Shown: one piece after another, positions 1 through 12,900 of the stretch
Layout: each line of letters opens with the position of its first letter
Position numbering within the stretch: position 1 is the first letter of the stretch
From: Eledone cirrhosa
Lineage: Eukaryota
Length of the DNA stretch: 64,000 nucleotides
NCBI GenBank assembly: GCA_964016885.1
Contig: OZ024755.1
Location: 31,868,001-31,932,000 of the forward strand
Direction of reading: 5' to 3'
Position numbers and translations under genes: made by a program
Notes under the pieces: generated by a model
Database searches by the model: none
What the model saw: only the letters and a program-made list of their open reading frames with translations
What the model was told of the DNA's origin: nothing

Positions 1-109
1 ACTGGGACACTGCGTTGAAAGAATTTCAGTTGATAATTTGAACCCAATAGCAATATTTTTCAAGTCTGGTACATATTTTTCAATTTCTTTTTGTCAAACC
101 ACTAATTTA

Positions 110-497
110 CATCCCCACCACCACCAGTACTGTCACTTTACAGAGTGTACTGGGTGTATTTTATCATGACACCAGTACTGCCACTTTACAGAGTGTACTG
201 GGTGTATTTTATCATGACACCAACACTACCACTTTACAGAGTGTACTGGGTGTATTTTATCATGACACCAACACTACCACATTACAGAGTGTACTGGGTG
301 TATTTTATCATGACACCAACACTACCACTTTATAGTGTGTACTGGGTGTATTTTATCATGTCAGCAGCATTACCACTTTACAGAGTGTACTGGGTGTATT
401 TTATCATGACACCAGTACTGCCACTTTACAGAGTGTACTGGGTGTATTTTATCATGACACCAACACTACCACTTTACAGAGTGTACTGGGTGTATTT
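110..497 (+). repeat. 48-bp minisatellite array (~8 units)
   Basis: Unit ACACCAACACTACCACTTTACAGAGTGTACTGGGTGTATTTTATCATG repeated; gives the 16-aa periodic ORF 145..507. Confidence 0.95.
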
Positions 498-857
498 TGA
501 TAACTAGGGAGATTGTCACATGATTAGTTCCTCTCAAACCTTATACTGCCTCCATTTGATTGTCAATACTTTAGTCTTCCATTACTCACCACTTTTAGTG
601 TCACCATGTATTAATTGCTCTGTCATCATTGCTTTTCTTGTTTTTCCAGCCAACTACAACCAGTTTAGGTGCAGGAGGTGAAGTTATCTGTGGCAGAAGC
701 AACAAAAATGGACCACCACTTACTGTCTGGACTCTTCATAATGGACCAATCAAAAATGATAGTCCTCCTTTTGGGAAAGACGGTCACAAGTTTCACACAC
801 AAAGTTAGTTTTTATTTAATCATTTTATCATATTTTAATTAAGGAAGACTTTTAAAA

Positions 858-1712
858 CACTGGTACCATGATAAAATACACCCAGTACATTCTGTAAAGT
901 GGTAGTGTTGGTGTCATGATAAAATACACCCAGTACACTCAGTAAAGTGGTAGTGCTGGTGCCATGATAAAATACACCCAGTACACTCTGTAATGTGCTA
1001 GTGTTGGTGTCCTGATAGAATACACCCAATACACTCTGTAAAGTGGTAGTGCTGGTGTCATGATAGAATACACCCAATACACTCTGTAAAGTGGTAGTGT
1101 TGGTGTCATGATAAAATACACCCAGTACACTCTGTAAAGTGGTAGTGTTGGTGTCATGATAAAATACACCCAGTACACTCTGTAATGTGCTAGTGTTGGT
1201 GTCATGATAGAATACACCCAGTACACTCTGTAAAGTGGTGGTACTGGTACCATGATAAAATACACCCAGTACACTCTGTAAAGTGGTAGTGTTGGTGTCA
1301 TGATAAAATACACCCAGTACACTGTAAAGTGGTAGTGCTGGTGTCATGATAAAATACACCCAATACACTCTGTAAAGTGGTAGTGTTGGTGTCATGATAA
1401 AATACACCCAGTACACTCTGTAATGTGCTAGTGTTGGTGTCATGATAGAATACACCCAGTACACTCTGTAAAGTGGTGGTACTGGTACCATGATAAAATA
1501 CACCCAGTACACTCTGTAAAGTGGTAGTGCTGGTGTCATGATAAAATACACCCAGTACACTGTAAAGTGGTAGTGCTGGTGTCATGATAAAATACACCCT
1601 CTACATTCTGTAAAGTGGTAGTGCTGGTGTCATGATAAAATACACCCAGTACACTCTGTAAAGTTGTAGTGTTGGTGTCAATAAAATACACCAAGTACAC
1701 TCTGTAAAGTGG
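858..1712 (-). repeat. 48-bp minisatellite array (~17 units), inverted relative to 110-497, running into a SINE 3' body
   Basis: Reverse complement of the same unit; continues into GGTTGGTGTTAAGAAGGGTATCCAGCTATAGAAACC, a segment shared with SINE copies elsewhere in the window. Confidence 0.95.
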
Positions 1713-1845
1713 TTGGTGTTAAGAAGGGTATCCAGCTATAGAAACCAATGCTAAAATATGGAATATATGAGCAAGATGAATTCATTTCAAGCCATTTTGT
1801 CTCAGACTGAGACAAAATATCCTATCAGCATGGACTAAGTGTAAC

Positions 1846-2110
1846 ATGCTGCTGCTGATTATGATGATGTTGATGATGGTAATGATGATGAGGATGACGA
1901 TGATGGTGGTGGTGGTAGTGATGGTGGCAGTAGTGGTGGTGATGATTGTGGTGGTGGTGGTAGTGGTTGTGATGATGATGGTGGTGGTGGTGGTGATGGT
2001 GGTAGCAGTGGTGGTGATGATGGTAATGGCGGTGGTGGTAGTGTTGGTGATGGTGATGGTAGTGGTGGTAGTTGTGGTGGTTGTGAATGTTGATATTAAT
2101 TATGATGATT
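1846..2110. repeat. Degenerate (ATG)n/(GTG)n trinucleotide repeat
   Basis: Directly visible; yields a poly-M/V pseudo-ORF. Confidence 0.95.
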
Positions 2111-2895
2111 GTATTGATTATATTTTTCTAGGTTTCCATAATGTTCTAAATATGAGGAACAGGAATATTTCCCAAAATAGAAAGAAGAAATAATAAAAGA
2201 AAGGAAAGAAATGGAGAAGATCATCAGATCGGACCAAGGTAACGATGTTTCCATTGGTTTTTCCATTGTTGATACTGTCTGTCTGTCACAACTCCTGAAG
2301 AATGTAGGATTTGAACTCTGAATGTACTGGGCTGAAACACAGCATCCTATAGAAATTTTAGCAATTCATCACCCCAATACTGGACTGGTACCCTATTTAT
2401 TGACCACTCACATCCTTCACCCCTCTTCCTCAACCCATGCCAACAAGGAAGAAAGATGTGATCCCTACCTCTACCTACATCCTCAATTCCCATCCCTTGT
2501 ACAATCCATGCTAGTATGAAGAGCGAGACACACTTCACAATATACTGATACATCTCACCCTCTTCAAGGACACCTCTATCACCTGATGCTTCCTTTGCCA
2601 TGACCCCCTCTCATTAATGCCTTCTCAGTCTGGCCAAGGACACAATGTCCACCCTAGTGCTGGTGTCATGGTAAAATACACTGTCCACACTGTAAGGAGG
2701 TTGTGATGGTTCCGCAATAAACTATACCTGGTCCACACTGTAAGGACACAGTGCTTGCTCCACACTGTAAGGTCACAGTGCTGGTTCCACAATAAACTAT
2801 ACCTGGTCTTTCATGCGCATCACGTGACCGTACCAACGTAGTCTTCTCTCAAGTAAACATCTGATCCCTCTTATTCCTAATTTCTCCCTTAGTTC

Positions 2896-2932
<37 letters not shown>

Positions 2933-3010
2933 CATATACTCTGCTAGGGTAGCCATTGTTGTTTATGTCTCACAACTCAGCAGTTTGATGTGCGATGATC
3001 AGAACCTAAT

Positions 3011-3212
3011 TTAACCCTTTAGCATTTACATTACTTTATATTTATTATTCTATTTTCACGGTAAAGGCTTTATCTCACAATATTGAACTATGAGACTTTG
3101 ATATTATTTACTTTGAGAATAACATCTTAACATCAGTGTTATGCCGGTTTGAACAGAAAGAGGTGAGATAATTCAGGCTGGATATGGCCGGTTTAAATGC
3201 TAAAAAGGTTAA
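3011..3212 (+). mobile_element. piggyBac-type MITE (~200 bp family)
   Basis: TTAA-CCCTTTAGCATTTA ... TAAATGCTAAAAAGG-TTAA ends; about 10 related copies in the window. Confidence 0.85.
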
Positions 3213-3899
3213 ATTCATCAGTGAAAGAATTTAGCCTCAAAATTGGAAAACAGATATAAGTAAATGATAATACTATAAATATAAAATAAAATAAAAAATC
3301 ATGTAGATCCAGCTGTGTAGCAACTTGGATAAGTGTCTTCTGCCATAGTCATGGGCTGAGTGAACTTGGTAGATGGGAACACTGGAAGCCTGTATGTATG
3401 TGTATATATCTTAGCCTCCAAAACAGTGGTAGATTGTATTTATGCATATATCCTAGTCCCCAAAACACTTAAGTCAGTGAATCTCTTACCATACTGAAAT
3501 GTATAGGTTGGTATAAAGGACACCTGGGTGGCCTTAGAAACGACATTACAACTATTTTTTTAAATTTTGTTATGAAGATAAAACATGCTTGCTCTATAAA
3601 AACCTTTGTGCGGGCCACATGTTCGATATGCCTGGTCTAGAGCATATCGCAGAGTTACCAGGCAATTGTGAACAGTTGGTGAGACTGAATCTTGCTCATG
3701 ATTGTGTTCGATAAAATAAAACTGTAATCACAAAAGATGACACATTTTATCCAAGTATCGGCTGCTGTAAACATATGTATTGACTCGATTCCACAATATT
3801 CAAAATCTCAAAGATCATTAAATTAATGATACTACAATGTCATTCAATACCTCTAATTAACCACTGAAAACCAAATCCAACTGCATATGCATTCTAAAG

Positions 3900-4130
3900 T
3901 CTCAAGCCAGAAGGCCTGTTAGGCTGGCTCTTACCCCAGTTTTATGGCATAAAGCGACTGAGTACAAGACTCCCACCTAGACAGGACGCTGGTCTATTGC
4001 AGGGTTAAACCCCCAGCTGGTACTCATTTTCAGCCGAGTATACTGGAGCAACGTGAAATGAAGTGTTTTGCTCAAGAACACAGCTCAGCCTAGGAATCAA
4101 ACCCCACATGATTGTAAGCTCAACACCCAT
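3900..4130 (-). mobile_element. tRNA-derived SINE, diverged
   Basis: Similar to 55598-55862 (CTGGAGCAACGTGAAATGAAGTGTTTTGCTCAAGAACAC). Confidence 0.75.
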
Positions 4131-5968
4131 ACACATAATAATCTGAATAAATCAATGTGTTGATTCACTGAATGAAGGACAAAAACTCAGCAGTAATCAT
4201 CAGAAACTCACTGATAAGATAATTGAAGAAACTAAAAAATAAAATAATTTCACCTCTACTTCTCTTACCAGCCAACCTTGCTTCCAGGCATAACCCACTC
4301 ACACCACAAGTTGATCTTTCATATGGCTGTATAGTTTGAGTACTTGACAATTGATGTAATTGGTAATGTTGAGGTCACTGATATAACTGACAAGCGGCTC
4401 AGCAACCATATCTATAAGTCTCATGATGTGGTTCTGCAATGTAGAGAGCTTCTGAAGTGACCTTGTCAACCATATAACACAACTGGTAGGATGTAAATAT
4501 TGAAGACCTTAGCCTTCAAATGATATGAAACTCGTTTTTCGATGTTAGTACTTCCTTGTTCCTGTTGAAAACTGCCCAACCTAGAGCGATGCAATACTGC
4601 GCAGAAACTATTCCACTGTTGTTTGATGATAGTTTGTGACCGAGATATACAAACCCTGTAACTTGAGCAATTTGCTGAATTGAGATTGACAACTGATAAA
4701 ATAGGAGTTAAAATGCAGACGATCTGGCCACCATGAGTTACTCTAGAACTGATCTGCAAAACTTTCTGAATGTACTGGCTAAACATTTGCTAGAGCCTGG
4801 TTTACACATCAACCTCTCCAAAATAAAGTATATGACAACTGATATTAATATACCAACACACAAAAAATACCTGGCAGCAATTCACAAATCTGGATTGATA
4901 AACCTTTTTCAAAATATAAAATACCATTTAAGATTTTTGGCCAGTTATTTCCCTTAGCTTACTTTTGCTTCATAATGCTCAATGAAGCACCATGTTAAAA
5001 GTGCTTGCTGTTTCATATGGAAGATTTTATTAACTGTTGGATTAGTCCTTCTTAGTCCAGATGCATCAGCTAGCAGAGCAGGCTAAAACATTTCAGATCA
5101 ATATTCTCAGTGATAAGAGTCATAAGATCTATGACTAACAAACCAACTGTACTCTGTCAAATGAGAAATTAGACTAAATTAATGGATATTGACACAAGAG
5201 AAAAACCCTTGGAGCAAGTCTTTGACAAACCTCAGAGATTTGCACGTTTAACATTTACAATTCTTTAGTATAAGAGAAATAGTTAGTTGTATAGCAAGTT
5301 TTAGTAGCCGTTACAGGTTCAAGTGTTTAACCACTGCAAGAAACATTTAACGAACTCATGCCAATGCAAGACGTAGAGGAAGTCTTTAAAATATAGCTAC
5401 AAGAGATTATCTAACAAGAGAGTCACCACTACACCATGCCACTATACATGAAGTAAGTCAATTTATGAGATGAATAGAAAAAGTAGCTGAAATTTTATTT
5501 GCTGTTAAAGCCTTTTCAGTTTATCAATGCCAATACATTGTTGTAAGTGAGGATTGAGATACAAAACTGGGTTCCTTCTAAATAGTATTAAATTCTTAGG
5601 TTCTGACTTCCACATATTTTCCTCTCCCCTCCACACCATTTCATTTTCTCTTATTTATATATTCAATAGTTTTTACTTTAGAAAATAAATGAAGCTATTA
5701 TAGTATTTTCAATACATTAATATAACCAGGAAATTACAAGGACTTTTAATCACCATTTGATGTTCGACTTTTCCAGGTTTGCATGGGTTGGTATTGGATT
5801 TTTTGAAGCAGGTTTTCTACGATTGCATGCGTTTCCAGATGCCAACCCATACCTTATTTTTAAAGTATGGTATACGCCGCTAACATACATTAAACCACTA
5901 CACTGCAGGACGTTTTATTTTTTAAATATATAAACTATGGATGTTTGCAGTAAATAGCATACACGAAT

Positions 5969-6145
5969 ATATATTATTAAATTTGATACTACAATGAAGA
6001 CATAACACGGAGAAACACAGAAACACTCGTTTCATTGAGTGAACTCCATTTCTCCATTGTAGTGTCGAATTTAATAATATATTAAAACTCATACCATGGA
6101 CTGAGTGCTCTACACCTTGGATATCTTACCAAACCAATACTATTA
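5969..6145. repeat. Fold-back element with tail, flanked by (TA)n
   Basis: Arms 5969-5996 and 6055-6082 are inverted; tail ATGGACTGAGTGCTCTAC is shared with the element at 39770-39907. Confidence 0.7.
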
Positions 6146-7205
6146 TATATATATATATATATAAACAGACATCAGCTTCCATGGCATCTGCACTTACTAA
6201 ATTTACTTATAAGGTACTGGTTCCAGTTTCTAGTAGAAGACACTTGTCTAAGGGGCTATGCAATGAGATAGAACTCAAGGCAACATTGTTGCAAAGTGAA
6301 CTTAACCACACACAACCAACCAACCACACACACACACACACAAACTTTATGTGTCATTCATATAAAAAGTAAAAGAGAAGGATGTACTGGTATGGATATG
6401 TAATGCACATGGATGAGAAGAGTCGAGTAAAGAAGTGTGAGTAGAAGGAAGCTGTGAAAAAGGTAAATCAAGGAAGACGTGAAAGCTGACCTCGAAATGA
6501 TGACAAAGGAATGCAGCAAACGATGGATAGTTCCTCTTGAAAATAATCTAACACATGCAAACATGGAAATGTGGAATTAAAAATGATGATGCTCATACAT
6601 ATATATCATAGGAACCATGAGGCTAACCCCTACTGTAGCAGGGAGAACAATATCAAAAAGCTTGTGTATGAGTGTGTGTATTGTAAATTATATAAACTGA
6701 AAAATACAAACTTTTAAAACACCTGCAATGTTTGGTAAGAATCAAAACTTATATTATATATTTCTTTGTTTTTAATTTTAAAAAAAGATTAAAAAAATTA
6801 TTGGTTTCAAAAGACAAGATTAACCAGCTTTAGTTGTGACATTACAGACTGGAACTTTGAGAACAATGTATAAGGCTATTCAATCATCTTAGAAACAATA
6901 GCAATAAAATACAATTTATGTAACAGAACCAGTAAAGCTAATATTCACCACTCTGCTATAAAGGACTATTTTCTCACTAACAATATCATGTCATCTATTT
7001 TAGAAAGTCTGCAATTTTAAGGCATGACGGGCAAGTGATAAAAGAACAAATTGTAATGGATCATTTAAAAATTCAAGTGGGGTGGGTTTAAGGGTGTCAG
7101 ATGAAAAACCCAGTCTGAATATTGTCCAATTGAAGCAAGTCATACAAATATAAGTATTATATTACATTACAACTCATTTTCAATTAAGAAGGTAAATTAA
7201 TATAG

Positions 7206-7639
7206 CTAGTCATCTTGATATTCATCATATCTATCTTCCAAAGGATGATCAGGAGGTAAAGACTGATTGTTAGGGGGTGGTGGTGGTGGGCCTTGGCCAC
7301 CATTTGACATATAGTGAGCATTTTGTTCACTTGGTGCTCCAGCCAATCCCATTTGGGAGTAATTTGGATGCATATCATATCCAGGATCAATTGGTTCTTG
7401 TTTGATTTCTCTATGTATAATTGGTTCATCATCATATGAAGGAATAGGGGGTGGTGGTACTGATTCAGCATTTGGTTCAAGCTTTTCTCCAGCTCTGCCT
7501 CTTTCTCTTGACCTGCGACGTTCTCGGCTCCGACTTCTCCGACTTCCTCTACTTTTACGTTCTCTTGATCGACTGCGTCGACGATCTCGTGACCGACTAC
7601 GTCTCCGTTTACGCTCTTTGATACGGATATCTTCTTCCC
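7206..7639 (-). CDS. SNRNP70: U1 snRNP 70 kDa, coding exon 10 (last): RS domain and Pro-rich C-terminus
   Basis: Acceptor TTTTTACTCCAG; (G)EEDIRIKERKRRRSRSRDRRRSRSRE...DRYDEYQDD, TAG stop at 7206-7208; phase matches the previous exon. Confidence 0.92.
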
Positions 7640-7850
7640 CTGGAGTAAAAATTAGAATAAAGTTTAGAATACAATCAACTTTTACATAATACATAAATAG
7701 GAAAAGTAAATAGAACATTTGCTAGTTTCAATATAGAGTATTCCACAAATGTGTACTCTTAATGCAATTCTCAGGTAGAATCAGACAAGTCATATGAATT
7801 ACAGGTACAGGCCATCAATTGGGTTGCCAATACACATATGCATGCAAACA

Positions 7851-8102
7851 CACATACACACATACACACCTTCAGACACACACATGCATACTTCAGATAC
7901 ATCCATACAGACATACACACATACACACCTTCAGACATCAATATAGACATACACACCTTCAGACACACATGCATACTTCAGATACATCCATATAGACATA
8001 TACACATACATACCTTCAGACATCAATATAGACATACACACATACCTATATACACATACATACCTTCAGACATCAATATAGACATACACACATACCTTCA
8101 GA
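7851..8102 (-). repeat. Degenerate intronic tandem repeat built from copies of the exon-9 end and donor site
   Basis: Eight copies of TCTGAAG (minus strand) separated by TG/TA-rich spacers. Confidence 0.85.
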
Positions 8103-8334
8103 TACTTTTTCTTCCCGGTCTCTACTCCTCCTTCGATCACGGCTGCGGCTTCTAATGCGGCCTCCTCCCCTTTCTCTACTCCTGCTTCTTCTCCTTTCTC
8201 GACTTCTGCTCCTACCACGTCTACCAGCTCCCCCACCACCACCGCCACCAACACCTGCACCGCCACCAGCACCTCCAGCGCGTTCTCTCTCTCGACTGCG
8301 CGACCGCTCACGACCAGTTCGTTCATCTCGATAA
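8096..8334 (-). CDS. SNRNP70: U1 snRNP 70 kDa, coding exon 9 (RS/RE and Gly-rich)
   Basis: Acceptor TTTCTCTTCCTTAG; YRDERTGRERSRSRERERAGGAGGG...RDREEKVSE; donor GAAG|GTATGT; 239 nt, phases fit both neighbours. Confidence 0.9.
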
Positions 8335-9099
8335 CTAAGGAAGAGAAATAGTTAAAGTCATTAATCTAGAATTACTCAAAAAGGTTAGCCTCTACTACAT
8401 ACTAAGGAATATCGACAGTTGTTCGATTTTCTTCATCAAAACGGACCAAGGAAAGAATGTTTCCGTTGGTCTTTCCAATTGCTAATACTATCTATCGGTG
8501 GCAACTCCAGGTAGAAGGAGCAATGTGAAATAAAGTGTCAAAAGACATAATGCATCACCTGGTCCATCCAGGAATCAAACTCACACACCTAATGTATTTT
8601 ATTAAAAACTAAACTTTATCAACAACAGCAACCCCCCTCTCAAAAAAAAAAAAAAGAAACTAAGAAAATGCAGCTTTAAGTACAAATTGAAATGGTGATA
8701 TACTGTATATATTCCAATATAAGCCAAGCCTGTGTCTGAGAAATGGGCTAAAATCCAAACCACATGTGTAGGTCGAGGCAGGTAAACACCACTACGTTTA
8801 GATGGCATGGTTATGAAATTCTATGAAGATATTTTGATATTTAAAATGTTTTAAATGTCATTTAGAATATAGTTTTTGTTTCACAACTCCATTATGGAAT
8901 GATTAAAAAAAACCAAAAAAAAAAACCAATTTCCGAATGTTTTGAAGGCCATGTTCATTCAAAACACATCAAAAATGTATTTTATGTCAAAAGTGAAACT
9001 GAAGTAATATTCACCTCCAAAGCAAAAATATTTTAGCACTGCATTTATGTAGAATTTTGAAGTTAACAAAAAAATAAATTATGAATATATATAACTCAC

Positions 9100-9187
9100 C
9101 CATCTCGACCAGGATTAAACTCATCTCTACCAGAAAACCTTGTATTTTCTTCTGGTCCACCTTTTCTGGTACCCCCTAGACCACCAC
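9100..9187 (-). CDS. SNRNP70: U1 snRNP 70 kDa, coding exon 8
   Basis: GGGLGGTRKGGPEENTRFSGRDEFNPGRDG, matching the conserved GGGLGGTR motif; AG acceptor, GTGAGT donor. Confidence 0.95.
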
Positions 9188-9273
9188 CTTCAGAATATTG
9201 AAAACAAAGAATTATTTCAATGAACTAGAAAATAATATAAAAGCATATCTACATTCTAGAAATTTATACAAAC

Positions 9274-9375
9274 CTAATCGCCGTGGTCGCCATCCTTTTA
9301 CTGTACGTCCTCTTTCAACATCAACAAGTACTCTGCGTCCATCAATCTTTCTACCATCAGCATGTTTGTAAGCAG
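9274..9375 (-). CDS. SNRNP70: U1 snRNP 70 kDa, coding exon 7 (RRM C-terminal part)
   Basis: [33 protein letters not shown], nearly identical to metazoan U1-70K; CAG acceptor, GTTTGT donor. Confidence 0.97.
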
Positions 9376-9946
9376 CTGGTGAAAAATGAATGAATTGATT
9401 ATTATTATTAATGACAACAACAATATCCTAGCACTCAAGTAGCTAGGTGTGTAAAAATTCATGCAAAATGAGATGGTGGTAAATATTTACAGCTTCTGTT
9501 ATAGTCTGTATCCAGCAATTGGGCATAGTCAATAGCCAAACCAGATCAATGCAACACAATAGGAGGGGGAGGTGCAGCAGAATAATTAATACAAGAAGAA
9601 ACACTGCTAGAACCATTGGGTAAGCTCGCTAAAAGTTTCACAAATGTAGCTTCATGAAATATTAAGAGCTTTTCAGGAAACCAATGTAAAACTACAAATA
9701 GTGACTATTAAAACTGTTTGAGGCTCATCATTAATCTAAAAAAAGAAAAGCATTTTAAAAAAAAAATACAATATACCATCAACAGCTGTTGACAGGTATA
9801 GATCTAACAGGGAACTAAAAAAAAAAACAAAAACAAAAAAAAAAAACCTACTAAGATACATTTGATATAAAAATATAAATTTTTCCGTTGCAGTGCCAAG
9901 ATCATATACTATATCTTAGAAGCTGTAAAATTTATTCTAAGAAAAC

Positions 9947-12900
9947 ATACTTACCTATGTGCATAAACAAATTTATTTCTAACACAAAACAGATGAAGTC
10001 TAGAAAGCACGAGAAAAGTCTACAATCAAGAAACAAAATTCTGTCATGAAGTAGTGGAGGAGGAATAATCAAACACTGGTAGAGAAAGAAATGACAGAGC
10101 TAGGATTTAAAATGAGACCAGACAATTTCTCAAAAAGACCAAGAATGAAAAACCAAACAATTATCCTTCATGACATTCGAACAATATGAACTAAATCCAG
10201 AAATGAATTTATTAAGATACTACAAAAAGATTCAAAATTAACTGATAGGACCTTGACGAAAATACCGAAGACTAAAGAATGAAAGAAAATACCGAAGATT
10301 ACGGAATGAAAGAAAATGGATAAAAATAAAGTTAAATATGTGAAAACTATGAGTGACAAGACAAATTATGCCATTAAAAAATATAAAATGACAAGAAAAG
10401 GAAGCATACAGCATGAAAGGCCTGATTACTTACCTTCTGTATGCATATTTAACATTTAGAAATGAAAATAACTACATGCACTGATTTACAAGATAATTTA
10501 CAGTAATTATAAAAAGTTTTTCACTTACGGCACTAAAATATGTGATAGAAGAGGGTCCCTTCCCTAAATGCTTTGAGAGATTTGCAATGGTGACTCATCG
10601 TGCATAAATGGCCATTTCTGCAGTCTACTTCCATTATCCATAGTTTGAGAACTTACCTGACTTACCTGGAAGCTACCATAAAAACGAACATCTACATTTA
10701 TTCACAACACACAAACCACATTTTGGTAAGTAGGCATTACAATCCATAAAATTTGGTTCCAATTACCTTATTTCAAACCCAGTTAGAAATACTAAATATA
10801 TATATATTAAAAAAAAAATTCCCAAAGCCCATTCTCAAAATTGTTCTTATATGAACTATTCAGATCTTCACATTCATACCAGCTTTGCAGAACACGTTTC
10901 AGATGCTCCCTTTTTTTATGGTGCTTCAGATTAATCAGAACAGTTTTTAAACTAGCTACAAAATATCATGAAATTACCTGTCTAATTTCATCTAAGATCT
11001 CAGTTACTAGTCATATTTATGTACTTTCTAAATTAGGTATTTGCTCTCAGATTCTATGAAATCTAATGAAAAAGTTTCAGTTGAAGTTTTTAAATCCTGA
11101 ACTGGATTGTTCAGTTTCTTTTTTTACAGCAATCGCAATAAAAAATATTTTTAAAACTTTAGTCGTTATAGAAGCTATCGTAAAAAAGTTACGGAAATTT
11201 GAAATCCTTTTCAAATACAGAATATGCAACGCATAATAAGCTCTACAAAATCTCATGTAGAAAAGCTATTTTAATTTGTGAAGTGTAATTATTTTTATTC
11301 ATTAAATTATTAAAATCCCTCATTTAATTATTAAAACCCATCTTAGATAGACTTAGATATACAACCTATTTCTAAGCTTTTTTTTGTCTTACCTCTTTTG
11401 TATATATGTAGATATATATATATTTTTTTTGGTTTAACCCAAGAGCTTACCCAATATACAAACCTATTAACTGGACACCATATTTTTGATCAAGCAACTT
11501 TGGATTTGTTAGGGCAACATAGTGCGCATGGGCCCACAACGTTCACCATTCTGTAGGAAAAATAATAGAGAAACAGGTTAGCAGGCGGGAAACAAATCGC
11601 TCTGCACCAAACCATGTTACTCGGACTCTAATCTTATTGGAAGCTAGAAGTATCAGTTAATTCAGGTACAAAATAAAAACTTACCTGAACCAAACTGACA
11701 TTGTGAAAGTCTCAGTGCTCACGAAGCTCAATTTTTGAAAAGCTAACAGCAATTGTTTAAAGGCATATGACTTAATATCCCAAAAGAATATTTGACACTG
11801 GATTGATTATAGCAATGTAGAAAACAGTCTACCTAAAGATAAGATAATAAAAGGATGGTTTTTAAAAAATTCCACCAAAAACTTAAAAAGGAGAGAAAAA
11901 AAAAAAATCTGAACTGAATTAATAACCCATCAAAACTAAGAAACATAACATTTGAGTAAGGTTACATACATACACACATATATATATATATATATAAACA
12001 ACACACAGGCATCATCATTATTGACCGTCTAGCAAGGGGTCAGATGAGTGTACACACATATATATATATATATGGGAGGAGTTAAACTAATTTGTACCAA
12101 TATATATTCCCATTAAAAGTTTTACAAGCTACAAATAAATAAGCCTGAACATAGGTTTACTCGTGATTTTTAAGCTGACTTGAAAGCATCACAAACTTCA
12201 CTGATTTTGTAATATCTGAATTTTGAGCATTTATAAAGAAATCTTTGCAACAACTACAAAATCAGATATTTTGTTATCAAACCAAGAAATAGCAGTTTGT
12301 GTTGAGATATTAAAACCAAATTATGACTAACTCTCAAACGGAAAGAATCTGAAAAGAAGAATGTGTAGACTTAATAGATACTGAATTTCCTGCTGTAAAA
12401 CTAAATACAGAACCAATTTATATTAAATTGTAACATTTAAGCCACACATATCAAGAGCTTTTTCACTATTGTTTTAATGAAAACAAGCATATTAATTTTG
12501 TAATTTTCCTTCAACTATATTGTCAGTCTTTAAAATATTACCCAAACTAATCCACTATCCATAGTTTTAAAGGTCATTTCAACTTTGCTCAATGTATATA
12601 TTTGAAATGTAGCAAATGGATCCCTAAAAAAGAACTAATTTATTGCACAGTTTATGTTATGTTCTCTACAAAACTTCAAGCATTCCAGTGTCAAAGTTTA
12701 GAATGAGAAGACGCAGTTTTTTTCCTGATAATACGAGCAAAAAATACTGGGAGAAAAGTCATTTCCAAATTTAATAAATAGCGCTTGTTAACCTGGACAT
12801 TTCACAGGAAAGTTATTTAATAGTAGAAAACTACAACCTAACACAGTGCCAGACAAAAGGAATGTAATGTTGAAATATTTTGCACGTGAACAAAATACAA

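Noticed and set aside
110-1712. CRISPR-like array or repeat-protein ORFs (145..507, 835..1560 and others)
   Set aside because: Units are contiguous with no unique spacers, there are no cas genes, and the context is eukaryotic; the ORFs are by-products of a stop-free 48-bp unit.
6771-6776. SNRNP70 polyadenylation signal (ATTAAA on minus)
   Set aside because: Plausible position about 430 nt after the stop, but such hexamers are too frequent in this AT-rich DNA to call without 3'-end data.
7184-8326. ORFs 7184..7480, 7402..7689, 7771..7974, 7838..8155 and 8066..8326 as separate genes
   Set aside because: They are alternative-frame or antisense shadows of SNRNP70 exons 9-10 and the intronic repeat.
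9947-11687. U1 snRNA gene or pseudogene (plus-strand ATACTTACCT / ACTTACCTG matches)
   Set aside because: The matches stop after 9-10 nt with no U1 stem-loops or Sm site; they are better read as donor motifs on the minus strand.
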